A DNA stretch of 37,103 bases from a virus (IMGVR_UViG_3300048576_000556:1-37103); one strand, 5' to 3'. Positions 1-10,592 are shown, counted from the first letter of the stretch. A program made the numbers and translations. The notes: generated by a model not told the origin, from the sequence alone.

Positions 1-225
1 GGGTTTACGGTATGCACCTTATTGCATCGACTGTTTCCTTCAAGGCTTCTCGGCTTTAAGGCAACAGCTTTTATCTTACATAAATGCATATTGAAGTAGT
101 TTATCACAAACTCTCAACTTTCAGCTTACGAAGCCATGGAGTGAGATATAAGCTTCTGAACTATAAAATCTTCCATCTAGTACCAATTCAACTTTTGTGT
201 ACCACTGCTATGCAACCATTCGATT

Positions 226-3200
226 CTACCTTAAGTCAAAATAGCTAACATAATCCTCCGGCGCTTTTAGCATTATATAAAATCCCACCTCCGTAAAGTT
301 GTCCGGCACACCCTGAACGATATTCGCATTATCCTTAGCTTGAAAAGCAAAATGATACGCTTTAAATATTTCTCCGTTCCAATCAACAGGTGTATAGGTT
401 GTCGTTCTATTAATAATGTAGCACCCTTTTGTAAAAGTTTCCTCAGTGAAATATTCTCCGGCAGGATCAATTATAATCCAACCATCGCCTGCCGACACCA
501 CTTCGTAAACACTGTCATAATACCTTGTGCCGATTATCTCGATAATATCTCCTGTGGTATAATTGCAGCTGCATTTTATTTTAACATTACCATCAGTTTG
601 CAATTCGGTTGTCGAGTTTTCTTCTATATCTCCAAGAGCTACATCTATGGTTCTTATAAGAATGCTTTTTTCTCGTTCTGTTGAAAAGCCAGTTTCATAT
701 GAATCACTCTCCCGACAATGCAATTTATATTCAATAGGATCGGACTGCTCGGCATCAAAACATTCACAACACTTTGCAGCCAGTCTTAATTCGACATAAG
801 GTTTAATCCACTGCCATTCATCTGGATTGTTTATTGGTTTAATATCGGTATTTTGGATTGTTGCCTTAGCTTCAAATACATGCACCCTGCCATCCAGGCA
901 TAGTTTAACCTTATCAGTTGGATTATACGATTGGCCCCAAACCCAATAAGCTATCGCTTCCTTTTGCTCATCGGTCAAAATTTCATAGTACAATACATAT
1001 TTCATAAAGGCATAAGGATTGTATTCATGCGCTGGACGGTTTGGAACTGGCGGTTTATTGTCTAGTAGAAAACCTCTCGGCACATCTACATGATAAAATG
1101 TCGGCTGCATAAAGGATTGGGGTATTATTTCTAAATCAAGAACAATGATGGGTTTTTGATTCAGATCAACACCAAGGCCCATATCATTATCGCCGTACCA
1201 TGATGATGTACCCTCCCAACCATCCCGATAATTCCATTGTGTAGGTTCAAGGCTATACCAAGTTCCATAGGATGACAGACTTGCAACCATATACCTGATT
1301 CGTATATCGTTTGAATTTGTTGTTACTCTATTGCTAATCTCAAGTAAGCCTTTGGTGCTCTGACTTCCAACAAAATGCATATCATACTGGTCAAGCTGAT
1401 CTGTGAACGATAGTCTTATTAAGACATGTTCAGGCGGCTTAATCAATTTATAATTCCACTGGGCTTTGACAAACCATCCATACCATGAAGCTTCCGGGCT
1501 CTCAGGCCAATCTATATGTGTTTTACATTGTGCAATTCCGCCAACATCCTGATTAGCATATTTGCCTTCATCTAATTGTTTAAATCTGGAAACAGGGTTA
1601 TCAAGCCAATCTGGTGTTATATTTTTAAATGATTGTGCTGCACCAACTATCTCGCCGACACTATCGTATAAGCCGCCGCTTGCATAGACACATACAGTTT
1701 GACTTGATAATGATGGCGCAACTTCTTTATATGTGGCTAAGGTTAAAATATCATATAAATCAACTAAAACTTGCGGCTGCGGATAATAATGTATTTTATA
1801 AGTAATTGTACCATCTTCCGCTTTCTCCCAGAATGCACCCATACCATCGTGCCTCTCGCAAACTTCTTTTGACCAGCAGGCTAATGAATAATAGTTGCCA
1901 TCGCTATCTTTTAATGTGTCGCTGACAGTAATATACGTTACGTTTTCATCTTCATCGAATCTAACATCTAAAATATAAACCGACTTTATATTGCCTTTGA
2001 CTTCAACATTTATATTGTTACACAAATGAAGCATCCATCCGGCTTTTACATTGCTTGCCACATCAGAATTATTTTCTCGATTACCACTTACGGTAAAAGT
2101 ATAAATAGGAAGTACACCAAATTGCTGATTGTTTGCAGGTGTGTTTACAACATCAGTAATATCCTGCTTTGCATAGTAAGAAATCGCCCCATCATTTACT
2201 ATCGTACCCTTTCTATAAGCCATACCAGATTGCCAAGTTAATCCTTGAAGTTTGAAAGGTGTGACACCCATCGACTTATCATCAAAATGGCTCAACAGCG
2301 GCGTTGTATATGTTAGCGAACTGAACCACCTTTCTGGATATTCTGCATATCTGGGCAGAGTCGAAAAAGTATGTACACCATTACCAATATCCCATTGGAA
2401 TGTTGTCGGGCTATATGTTTGATGTAAATTAGGCGGCTCTCCTTTGCTGCCATCCCTGATAAATGGAGTATGCCGGCCTAAAGAATACTGCCATGTTTTG
2501 CGGAAAGTGCCTTCAGATTCGGTATAACAATTCCATCCTCTCAAACAGGTATCTGTGTCGGGGTAGTTATATAAATGACTATATTGCACACTTCCTTTTC
2601 CTACAGTAGTCATTGCAGCCCATCTGCAAATCTCCGCCGGAATAAACTGCAAACCAATCTGATATGCCCAATCATACCTGCCGAGTTCTGTTAGAAAATG
2701 TTCAAAACCGCTTTCATTATCGCCCCAGCAAGGATCATTGACATCAGGATAATCATGCCAATTGTCACATTCATTTTCACAGTAGCCGACATAACCATTT
2801 TCAGTGTATTTGTATAAACCGCTGTCAGAAGGATCATAATATATAGAGCCAACCGTCGGCTCTGCGGGTTTATTTGAAAAGAAAAATCTTCGCCAATTGC
2901 TTTTATATAAACTGCTTGCAGGTCTGCGCCAATGGGCTTGACTTAATATGATTTCAGCATAATTTTGCAGGCCGCACATACCATTAGAGCCGGCTTTGGG
3001 ATTTACGGTCCAGTTTCCAATATCCAATGGCGTATTAGCCAACATATCACCATTATTTGCATATTGATTGCCGGCAAACCAATGATTCCAGCCTGCTAAA
3101 ATTCCATAGGCATCAATCTGCGGGAAAGCATATTCATCACTAACAAGTACAGCATCCCATCTATCACATGTAAATACAGCACCAAGGGATTCTGGTTGTG

Positions 3201-4509
3201 TAATATAGCGCCTATTAAACGGCACCTTACATTTTCCATCTTTGGCCCAATATATACCAACTTGGCCCGACGGCTTGATTAATTCTTTTTCTTTATATGC
3301 ATATATAATAAGTTCATTCTGGTTTTGCGGATCAGTTTGAGTTGGAAATAAAGCTGATGAGCAGCAATTTATAAAATTTTCAACCCGTGCAATTTCAATA
3401 CCTTCTTCGCGATCAATTTCAATTTTGTAATCGAGGGTTTTACCGATAAAATTCTTGTCATAATCATGCAGATAGTTGCCGTAATCTGGTATAAGCTGCC
3501 ATGCACTTACTGTATTATGCAGCCATCCATCATTTACACGTTCCCATTCAATTGCCAAATCATCGCGCCTTTGCCAATATTCTGTATTGGATAATGCAAT
3601 ACCGGCAGGAACATCGTGCAAAGCCTGATAAACCGTAATACCATCGATATCTCTAACCAGCCAACCTTTCGGCCACGATACAGGTGACCATTCACTGCCG
3701 GCATATATGCCTGCATCTTTCGTAATATCGAGTCTTTCACCTGCCCATAGATGCGGAGGTGTTGACGTTAATTGTATCGCACGTTTTGCACGCCAGCCTC
3801 CCTGCCATGAAATATATTTATCCTTTTGATAACTTTGGTCTTTGACCCATGTATCATAATGGATTTTCGTCTCGCAGCGGCTTGTCGTATTATTGTAATA
3901 AGTTGCAGGCGGCCCATAATCAGAAAGACTCCAATATTCTGTATTGTATGTGCCATCAGTTTTTTTAGGTGCCTGGCCTGCAGGAACATTTTTTACGGCT
4001 GTATAAATATTGCCATCTTCGAGATAGAATTTTCTCACGCCCTGCAAATAGGAATGGCTTGAAACATATTTAGGGTCGGCATTGACCGTATCGAACAGAT
4101 AATATTCATTGCGGCTAAACTCTCTGGTATTTTTCCAGCGCAGCCAGCGGCCTGCATAAGTTTTAACCTGATCATTATTACCACTTTTTGTGCCCATACC
4201 ATGCGAGCGGTCAAACGTGGCAATTTCAAATAAGGCTATATACTTATTAGGAACATCTGTATCCTGCCAATAATCTAAATTAGCTTGGGTTCTAAAGAAA
4301 GGTAGTGCATATTGATTCCACTTAACTACGGCATTGTCATTTTCGGTGTCGTAGCTTCCGGGAAAGGAAAACGATTTTGCTATTAATATCTGGCGTAAAT
4401 CCTCAAAGAGTAGCGAAGATATAACAGGCTTGGCACCTCTGGCAATATCGGCTTTAAATTTCGTCCAATCAGCACGGAGCCAGTAATTCTGTAAAAGCTC
4501 TATACTCAT
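226..4509 (-). CDS. Large modular tail-tip / adsorption protein with CBM5/12-like Trp-Tyr modules
   Basis: 1427-aa ORF, last gene of the tail operon. Repeated motifs such as WQSGMAYRKGTIV, WGQSYNPTDKV and two VPAG...NTEYW repeats. Confidence 0.6.
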   Translation of the reverse strand: MSIELLQNYWLRADWTKFKADIARGAKPVISSLLFEDLRQILIAKSFSFPGSYDTENDNAVVKWNQYALPFFRTQANLDYWQDTDVPNKYIALFEIATFDRSHGMGTKSGNNDQVKTYAGRWLRWKNTREFSRNEYYLFDTVNADPKYVSSHSYLQGVRKFYLEDGNIYTAVKNVPAGQAPKKTDGTYNTEYWSLSDYGPPATYYNNTTSRCETKIHYDTWVKDQSYQKDKYISWQGGWRAKRAIQLTSTPPHLWAGERLDITKDAGIYAGSEWSPVSWPKGWLVRDIDGITVYQALHDVPAGIALSNTEYWQRRDDLAIEWERVNDGWLHNTVSAWQLIPDYGNYLHDYDKNFIGKTLDYKIEIDREEGIEIARVENFINCCSSALFPTQTDPQNQNELIIYAYKEKELIKPSGQVGIYWAKDGKCKVPFNRRYITQPESLGAVFTCDRWDAVLVSDEYAFPQIDAYGILAGWNHWFAGNQYANNGDMLANTPLDIGNWTVNPKAGSNGMCGLQNYAEIILSQAHWRRPASSLYKSNWRRFFFSNKPAEPTVGSIYYDPSDSGLYKYTENGYVGYCENECDNWHDYPDVNDPCWGDNESGFEHFLTELGRYDWAYQIGLQFIPAEICRWAAMTTVGKGSVQYSHLYNYPDTDTCLRGWNCYTESEGTFRKTWQYSLGRHTPFIRDGSKGEPPNLHQTYSPTTFQWDIGNGVHTFSTLPRYAEYPERWFSSLTYTTPLLSHFDDKSMGVTPFKLQGLTWQSGMAYRKGTIVNDGAISYYAKQDITDVVNTPANNQQFGVLPIYTFTVSGNRENNSDVASNVKAGWMLHLCNNINVEVKGNIKSVYILDVRFDEDENVTYITVSDTLKDSDGNYYSLACWSKEVCERHDGMGAFWEKAEDGTITYKIHYYPQPQVLVDLYDILTLATYKEVAPSLSSQTVCVYASGGLYDSVGEIVGAAQSFKNITPDWLDNPVSRFKQLDEGKYANQDVGGIAQCKTHIDWPESPEASWYGWFVKAQWNYKLIKPPEHVLIRLSFTDQLDQYDMHFVGSQSTKGLLEISNRVTTNSNDIRIRYMVASLSSYGTWYSLEPTQWNYRDGWEGTSSWYGDNDMGLGVDLNQKPIIVLDLEIIPQSFMQPTFYHVDVPRGFLLDNKPPVPNRPAHEYNPYAFMKYVLYYEILTDEQKEAIAYWVWGQSYNPTDKVKLCLDGRVHVFEAKATIQNTDIKPINNPDEWQWIKPYVELRLAAKCCECFDAEQSDPIEYKLHCRESDSYETGFSTEREKSILIRTIDVALGDIEENSTTELQTDGNVKIKCSCNYTTGDIIEIIGTRYYDSVYEVVSAGDGWIIIDPAGEYFTEETFTKGCYIINRTTTYTPVDWNGEIFKAYHFAFQAKDNANIVQGVPDNFTEVGFYIMLKAPEDYVSYFDLR

Positions 4510-5555
4510 TGAAATACCGCCATGACCTTGCCATCGACTATCGATATTGTTCTAATCTCAGGTTCACCTACCGGAAGCAGAGTTTCATCGAGATAATACC
4601 GTTTTGTTTGATCTGTTAATATGCGGCTTGTTATTCTTACCCTTGCCCCAACCGGAAAAACTGGTACACAATCTTTAACTAGAATCTCGAAATTATCTCC
4701 TTGTCCGGAACCAAGGGCATATTCAATCTTGATTTCTTCGCAAATATCCCAATCTGTCGCATTTGCATGCGGGGCAATCGATGGATATTGAATTTCTCCA
4801 ACCTTCTTTATATAGACTCTGTTATTATCAGGGTCAATTATCGGTGTGCCTGCAGTATATGGCGGATCATGATTTTCCTGCCATTGCTGGTAGTTACTCG
4901 AATCGAGCCTTACAATATAAAAACCATTGCCTACATATTCAGGCGATGTACTTGCAGCATATGGGTCTTGAAATGTCGGAGCAACAATGATCTTAGCCCA
5001 AATTGTAGTAGCAGTGCTTGTGCCGCCAGAGCCGCCGAACCTTACAATCGCAAGTTTAGTTCCTGTTCCTTGCTCTTTATATAAGATAACAGCTGCACCT
5101 GACGCAGAACTTTCAAGCTGGGTTATGTCACTGTCTTTAATATCAGCAAAACTATGCCCTTCATCTATTATATTAATCTGTACCGCTGTAACCCCTGCAA
5201 CATATGCCCTGCCTATGCAATCGATTCCGATAGGTTCTGCTGTAATTACAAATCTGCCGCTGGCGTGATCTGTTTTAGATGGAGTTACACCAGTTAAAAC
5301 GGTAATTTCTTTAAAGGTATTTGTTGTCGGATCGATTTGGCTGCCACCAATACCGAGAATATTTAATCTGTCAACCGCTGCACCAGTTGTATTTTTTACA
5401 TAAACCATATTTGCAGGCAGCGTTTTACCCGACTCTGTGGTTAAATTATTTTTTCGATTGATGTAGTCCTGTGCGGCATCGATCATGGCGTTATATGTAC
5501 GGGCGGGAATTTTTAATCTCTCACCATCGCGGACTTTTCTAAATGCATCACCCAT
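4506..5555 (-). CDS. Putative tail-tip / baseplate-hub protein
   Basis: 349 aa, overlaps both neighbours, Gly/Ser/Thr linker (GGSGGTST) between two domains; function from position only. Confidence 0.5.
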   Translation of the reverse strand: MGDAFRKVRDGERLKIPARTYNAMIDAAQDYINRKNNLTTESGKTLPANMVYVKNTTGAAVDRLNILGIGGSQIDPTTNTFKEITVLTGVTPSKTDHASGRFVITAEPIGIDCIGRAYVAGVTAVQINIIDEGHSFADIKDSDITQLESSASGAAVILYKEQGTGTKLAIVRFGGSGGTSTATTIWAKIIVAPTFQDPYAASTSPEYVGNGFYIVRLDSSNYQQWQENHDPPYTAGTPIIDPDNNRVYIKKVGEIQYPSIAPHANATDWDICEEIKIEYALGSGQGDNFEILVKDCVPVFPVGARVRITSRILTDQTKRYYLDETLLPVGEPEIRTISIVDGKVMAVFQ

Positions 5556-6382
5556 TAAGCACCTAACCCTAACGCGGCAAAATCGCCAGATTCATAAACT
5601 TGATGGACGTAAACAGCTTTTGGAATTTGAATGAGGCAGTTTTGGTCTGTACTTTTTTCGTATCTGACCCAAAGATACTCCCAGCCTTTTTTCTCAATGC
5701 CTGATATTGAACCGATCGTTATATTAGTTTTGTTCGGGCTTGCAGCAAATTTAAAATTGAGCTCGTAATCACCTGTTCTGCCATGCTTCGAACCCGATGC
5801 CCCCATGAACAATACTTCACCGGCCTCAAAACCATGCCAGGCTTGTGAATTTACCTTACTTGTCAATCTAAAAACGGATGTTTTAAATGCAGTGCTTATA
5901 AAATCGCGAGCAATGCGCTTTGTCTCATTAAAATTAAAAACAGGAACAATAATATCAACGCCATTGACTGAATTATCATCGACATTAATCGCTCCTTTAA
6001 AATCTGGAGGATTATCACCGTATGATCGAACAGTTAGCGGTGCGATTGTTTGAGTAATTTTCTGGCTGCCACCACCTGTATCAAAGCTGAATTCGATATC
6101 ATCAGTTTCTCGACTGTTGTAACCGTAATATACAGTGCCAATCCAGATATTATCAGCTATCTGTTCAACGTCGAAGCCGGCTCGTGGTATTAGGGCTGTG
6201 CCCCATTCTGTTGGGGAGTTTTCCTCAAGGCACAAGATGGCATCGCCATCGTCGCCTGGCTGATTGAATTGTTCCGGCGGTGTAGCTACATCAGGCATTA
6301 TAATATATTCAACCGTTGCGCTTCGGGTGTTGCCGCCGGTCCTTTTTCTGCCTGACCATCTTTCCTGGATACACAATGCCAT
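5555..6382 (-). CDS. Putative distal tail protein
   Basis: 275 aa, beta-rich, directly after the tape measure gene. Confidence 0.5.
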   Translation of the reverse strand: MALCIQERWSGRKRTGGNTRSATVEYIIMPDVATPPEQFNQPGDDGDAILCLEENSPTEWGTALIPRAGFDVEQIADNIWIGTVYYGYNSRETDDIEFSFDTGGGSQKITQTIAPLTVRSYGDNPPDFKGAINVDDNSVNGVDIIVPVFNFNETKRIARDFISTAFKTSVFRLTSKVNSQAWHGFEAGEVLFMGASGSKHGRTGDYELNFKFAASPNKTNITIGSISGIEKKGWEYLWVRYEKSTDQNCLIQIPKAVYVHQVYESGDFAALGLGA

Positions 6383-6384
6383 TG

Positions 6385-8457
6385 CTAATCCCCGAACTCT
6401 ACCTCATTGCCATCCATATTATCTGCCATTTCTTCTGTCGCCTCGGCTGTTCGAGTTGTGGCATCAGCAATTTTTTGCATAACGCCGCCTGCGCCAAGCT
6501 GACCCAGACCAAATGCACTGAAAGTCCCTGCTGTCGATGCCTTGGTTAAACCTGTATTAGCCTGCCAATCTTTTTGCTGCAGAGGTAACTTACCTTTAGG
6601 CTGCACAGGTTCTTTTGCTTTCGCAATCGCTGCATTAAATTCTTCTTTAGTTTTTGCCAGTTCATCTGCGGCTGCCTTTTTACCGGCATTGATGCCGTCA
6701 ATTGTATTTTGCAGACCTTCTTCTACATATTGGTTTGCTCCGGCAAGTCCTGAATCAAATTGCTCTTTTGCATGTTTTCGTTTTTCGCTACGAGCTTTTT
6801 CTATTTTCTGAATTTCTGTTTGTGTTTCTTCTTCAAGTTTGAGCCGTTTTGCGTTCGCCTCATTTTCGGCTTTTTCTTTTGCAGCATTTGCATTGTCATC
6901 GCGCTCTTGCTTATCACCTGCAAGCATATCATCGAGTTGCTTACGTGCTGAACCTTCATCGAAATTAGGATCAGATAATTTCTTCCACCAGATCCAGACA
7001 TTCATTAATTTCTTGGCAATCCAATCAATTGTATTTCCCCAGAATTGTTTGAAGCCTGCCCATGCTTTTTTAAAGACCTCAACCGTTGTTATCCACGCAC
7101 CTTCCAGAAATGCTCCTGATTTAACCCATGCCTTCTTTAAAAACGATAAAGTCTCAATCCATGCCACCTGAATTCCATAAACTGCCGCGTCCCAGCCAAC
7201 TGCAATTGAATAAACTGCTGAATACCATATTTCCATAATTGCCAGCTTTATGCTGTACCATATTCCGAGCATCCATTCTTTGGCCCTCAGCCATTCCATT
7301 TTTACAAACAGCCATGCAATACGAGCCGCTAATCCAATATCACCTTTTGCAAAAGCAGCCGCGATACCACCGATTGCGTTTGTTGCATCTTCTTTTAACG
7401 TATTAAAACATCCGCCTAACCAATTAAGCATCTTGCCGCCAAGTCCTGTCATCCAAAGCAGTGCACCAACACATAAACCTATTTGAATTATTAAAGTTCC
7501 AAGTGGCGAGAGCATTGCAGCCAAAACAGTACGCATAATCCCAAAGCCTCCTCGAACAACACCAAGCATCTTGCTGCATGCGATAAGAGTTTTACCGAAA
7601 AGCATAAATGCAGCGCCGCCTGCAACCAGAACAGTTCCAAGCCAAAGAATCATGGTTACAACGCCCCTGTGTTCTTTGATCCAGCGGGTTGCAAAGCCGA
7701 TTATTTCAATCATTTTATTTGCCCATTCTTTGAGCAAAGGAATGACAGCACTACCGATTGCAACAGTTAAGCCATTTTTGATGATGTACCAAAGTTTCTT
7801 AACTGTTTCGTGGAATTCTTCACCTGCCTGAACATCTTCATCGCTCATTACCGCACCAAGTCTTTGAAGTTCAGCCTTATATTCCCCGATTGCGCCGGCA
7901 CCTTTATTTAGCAGAGGTATTAGATTTGCACCTGCTTTTCCGAAGATTTTTAATGCAATAGTAATTCTTTCAGTTGGGTTTTCGATCGATGCAATTCTGT
8001 CTGCGATTAGCATAAAGAGTTCGTCAGGTGATTTATCCTTCAAATCAGCAGAGACAAGCCCAAGTTTCCCAAAGGCTTCTACCTGTGCTTTCGAGCCTTT
8101 ATTTAAAGCAGCCAGATTTTTATGCATAAAAATAAGTGTCTTACCAAGAGATTGCATACTGATGTCATTCTGGTTTGCGGCAAAACTAAGCCCTTGGAGG
8201 GAAGTTACACTTACACCTACAATTTGAGACAACCTTGCAATATCATCCGCGAAACTGCCGGCGTATTTAGCGGCAGCAATCAAGGGAGTAATAATAGCCG
8301 TTCCAAGGCCCATCATTTTCGTGCCGAAAGAAGAAATGGTATTACCCCATTTTTTTAAATCTGCTTGTGCACTGCGCAGGCCACGCATTAACGCACTTTT
8401 ATCTGCGAAGATCTCAACGTATGCACTGCCTGCTTTTATTGCACCAGAATTTGCCAC
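6385..8457 (-). CDS. Tail tape measure protein
   Basis: 690 aa, Ala/Gly-rich helical, N-terminal AGSAYVEI motif, hydrophobic centre with periodic Trp; follows the chaperone genes. Confidence 0.9.
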   Translation of the reverse strand: MANSGAIKAGSAYVEIFADKSALMRGLRSAQADLKKWGNTISSFGTKMMGLGTAIITPLIAAAKYAGSFADDIARLSQIVGVSVTSLQGLSFAANQNDISMQSLGKTLIFMHKNLAALNKGSKAQVEAFGKLGLVSADLKDKSPDELFMLIADRIASIENPTERITIALKIFGKAGANLIPLLNKGAGAIGEYKAELQRLGAVMSDEDVQAGEEFHETVKKLWYIIKNGLTVAIGSAVIPLLKEWANKMIEIIGFATRWIKEHRGVVTMILWLGTVLVAGGAAFMLFGKTLIACSKMLGVVRGGFGIMRTVLAAMLSPLGTLIIQIGLCVGALLWMTGLGGKMLNWLGGCFNTLKEDATNAIGGIAAAFAKGDIGLAARIAWLFVKMEWLRAKEWMLGIWYSIKLAIMEIWYSAVYSIAVGWDAAVYGIQVAWIETLSFLKKAWVKSGAFLEGAWITTVEVFKKAWAGFKQFWGNTIDWIAKKLMNVWIWWKKLSDPNFDEGSARKQLDDMLAGDKQERDDNANAAKEKAENEANAKRLKLEEETQTEIQKIEKARSEKRKHAKEQFDSGLAGANQYVEEGLQNTIDGINAGKKAAADELAKTKEEFNAAIAKAKEPVQPKGKLPLQQKDWQANTGLTKASTAGTFSAFGLGQLGAGGVMQKIADATTRTAEATEEMADNMDGNEVEFGD

Positions 8458-8460
8458 TTC

Positions 8461-8772
8461 TTACTTCCCTGTAAAAGCCTTCTTAAATAATGCTTTTGAC
8501 TTATCATCTTTTACTTCTATTACATTTTCTTTATGAGAATTTGTTTGCAGATATGGATTAAAATCGGCCGGCTTAAATACTTTTGCCTTTTTCGGATCAC
8601 GATTTATATTGCAAAGTAGTGCCATTAATGCAGAAATTCTGTTCCATTCCATCCGGTCACGCAGTTCAATCGCCTCCGACATCCACCAAAGTTCCCGCAG
8701 CGTAAGAGGCGAAGGATCAACCCCTACGAATCCTGCTAAGGTGTAAACTGTCCGCCAAATATTTCCGCCATC
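8461..8772 (-). CDS. Tail assembly chaperone, C-terminal (gpT-like) frame, probably reached by -1 frameshift
   Basis: The frame of ORF 8461..8682 stays open upstream (IWRTVYTLAGFVGVDPSPLTLRELWWMSE) and overlaps the upstream gene in the -1 frame. Confidence 0.7.
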   Translation of the reverse strand, partial: DGGNIWRTVYTLAGFVGVDPSPLTLRELWWMSEAIELRDRMEWNRISALMALLCNINRDPKKAKVFKPADFNPYLQTNSHKENVIEVKDDKSKALFKKAFTGK

Positions 8773-9182
8773 TTTTTCTCGACATCGATTTGCGATAGAT
8801 TGCTCGTTACCTTGTCGATTGCCAGATTTATCATCTTCTGCTGAGTCGCTGCCGCTTTGGCCCTGTCGGTCCGACCCCGCTTCTGGAAAAAATCGATCAG
8901 TTCATCATAGAAGGCATTTTGGGCAGCAAGTATTACATCACCGCCAAGAGATTGACCAAATTGGGAATCGGAAACTCCCAATGAATCAGCCTGCGGTTTT
9001 ATTAGGCAATAAATAATATCGCACAAAAGTATCTCATCTGTTCCGATTCGTGTTAGAAGTGGCGGATCACCTGCTTCAGGTTCCAGCAAGTTTATATTCA
9101 ATAAATCTCGCACTCGTTTTACGCTATCGATTGTAAGTGAAATCGTCCATATTCTTGATGCATTATCTGTAAATGTCTTCAT
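8736..9182 (-). CDS. Tail assembly chaperone (gpG-like)
   Basis: Lies between the tail tube and tape measure genes; start re-assigned to ATG 9182 (MKTFTD) with GGAG upstream. Confidence 0.75.
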   Translation of the reverse strand: MKTFTDNASRIWTISLTIDSVKRVRDLLNINLLEPEAGDPPLLTRIGTDEILLCDIIYCLIKPQADSLGVSDSQFGQSLGGDVILAAQNAFYDELIDFFQKRGRTDRAKAAATQQKMINLAIDKVTSNLSQIDVEKKMAEIFGGQFTP

Positions 9183-9183
9183 A

Positions 9184-9627
9184 TTATGCTCCTGCCACAT
9201 CAATCCATGCTATAAATTTGCTCATCTTTGCTGTTACATCGACGCTGATCGCTTCTTCAAGACCTTCTGCCCTGTCGAACTTGGTAATTGCAAAATTGCC
9301 ATGTGGTCCGCTTGCACCGTCCGCTTCCTTTGCATCGGTCAGACATGCCAGGCATATTGTTGTCGATGTCAGGAACGCTGTTTTAATAGCTGCAAATACA
9401 GTATCCGATGGTTTCCACTGCATCTTGAAATTAAGTTCGCATTCACGAAGTGTAGGCGCAGTCGCACGCCAGCCTGAATTAGCGCGAGTTGTCACATCTG
9501 CCTCGCCTGCAGAAAGAGACACAGTCAAATCCTTGACATTGCCAACTTCTGTCAAGGTAGCCAACTCTGCATCCTTTGCCCCCTGGTAAAGTTTTGCATT
9601 CATTCCTAAAATAAAATCTACTGCCAT
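9184..9627 (-). CDS. Major tail (tube) protein
   Basis: 147 aa, EADVTTR...GW tube-protein pattern; strong SD AGGAGG upstream. Confidence 0.8.
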   Translation of the reverse strand: MAVDFILGMNAKLYQGAKDAELATLTEVGNVKDLTVSLSAGEADVTTRANSGWRATAPTLRECELNFKMQWKPSDTVFAAIKTAFLTSTTICLACLTDAKEADGASGPHGNFAITKFDRAEGLEEAISVDVTAKMSKFIAWIDVAGA

Positions 9628-9642
9628 TTGAACCTCCTGAAG

Positions 9643-10095
9643 TTATTTATGAATACTATTTTTCCAAACCGCTGCCATCCTGGATTTGTTTACGGCTAAT
9701 GCCGGCCCCATATACGGTCTTGCAGCGATATGGATATTTTTATTTTTTATTTTTGTACTGCCGCTGTATTCGAGTGTGTGCGGCACATTTTTACCTTTTG
9801 CTCTGAGTGCAACTGGACCAACCACCACAGATCTGGCCTGCGGATCGAACGAATAATAAATATAGTTTCGAAGCAGGCCCGTATGACTTAGAGGCGGTTT
9901 GCCGGGTTTACTGACAGTTTTTCCATTGGGTGCTTTTTTTATAGACCTTCTTGCAGTAAGCCTGATCATACCGCCGATTCTGTTTAAGACTGTTCGAGTA
10001 GCAGAATCTACGGCAGCAATTACCTTTGGACTATCAAAGAACAAAGTTTTTACTTTGAATAGCGATTTACCAAATTCTGATACTGCTTTTGCCAT
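9643..10095 (-). CDS. HK97 gp10-like neck / tail completion protein
   Basis: Basic 150 aa with S.PG.PP..TG.LR, LEY and ARPYMGPA motifs. Confidence 0.75.
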   Translation of the reverse strand: MAKAVSEFGKSLFKVKTLFFDSPKVIAAVDSATRTVLNRIGGMIRLTARRSIKKAPNGKTVSKPGKPPLSHTGLLRNYIYYSFDPQARSVVVGPVALRAKGKNVPHTLEYSGSTKIKNKNIHIAARPYMGPALAVNKSRMAAVWKNSIHK

Positions 10096-10592
10096 TAGCT
10101 AAAATATCCAAAAAATACATCCGCCCTTGTTACATTAGTAAGAGTGATTATTTCTGCAGCGATCCACGCAATATCAAGTCCATCAAAACTTACCGTCGTC
10201 ATTAAATTATTGCCGCTATTTACAGCTTTAATATCTGTAGGCCAGCAAGAAGTTATTGCAGCTGAATCAGCATACCTTGTAAGGCTAGTTGGCTTGCCAG
10301 TTTGCGGGTCTTTATTGCAAACCATGGTACCAAGCGTAAATGTTATATCTCCGATAAGCTGGGCTGGGCCGCTATTTTCGTTTCTGCCACCCCAAAGACG
10401 AACGCCAACAACACCATTATCATTGCCACTTGCTGCAAGGATAAGTTCCAATCCTTTTATACTGCTTATATTTATACCGTGAGCATAAGGTGGTTTGCTG
10501 TCGAAGGTATTTGCGGCCATAGCAGGGTTATCAATTGCCTCTACCGATCTTAAAAGCTGCCAACCTGGCTCATTTCTTCTAAACTCATACAT
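10095..10592 (-). CDS. Hypothetical virion-associated protein
   Basis: 165-aa ORF coupled to the next gene; no family recognised. Confidence 0.55.
   Translation of the reverse strand: MYEFRRNEPGWQLLRSVEAIDNPAMAANTFDSKPPYAHGINISSIKGLELILAASGNDNGVVGVRLWGGRNENSGPAQLIGDITFTLGTMVCNKDPQTGKPTSLTRYADSAAITSCWPTDIKAVNSGNNLMTTVSFDGLDIAWIAAEIITLTNVTRADVFFGYFS

Noticed and set aside
2-94. Possible 3' end of a plus-strand gene (…YCIDCF…INAY*)
   Set aside because: Only 30 codons visible; cannot be supported.
226-5555. Diversity-generating retroelement target
   Set aside because: No reverse transcriptase and no template/variable repeat pair noticed in the window.
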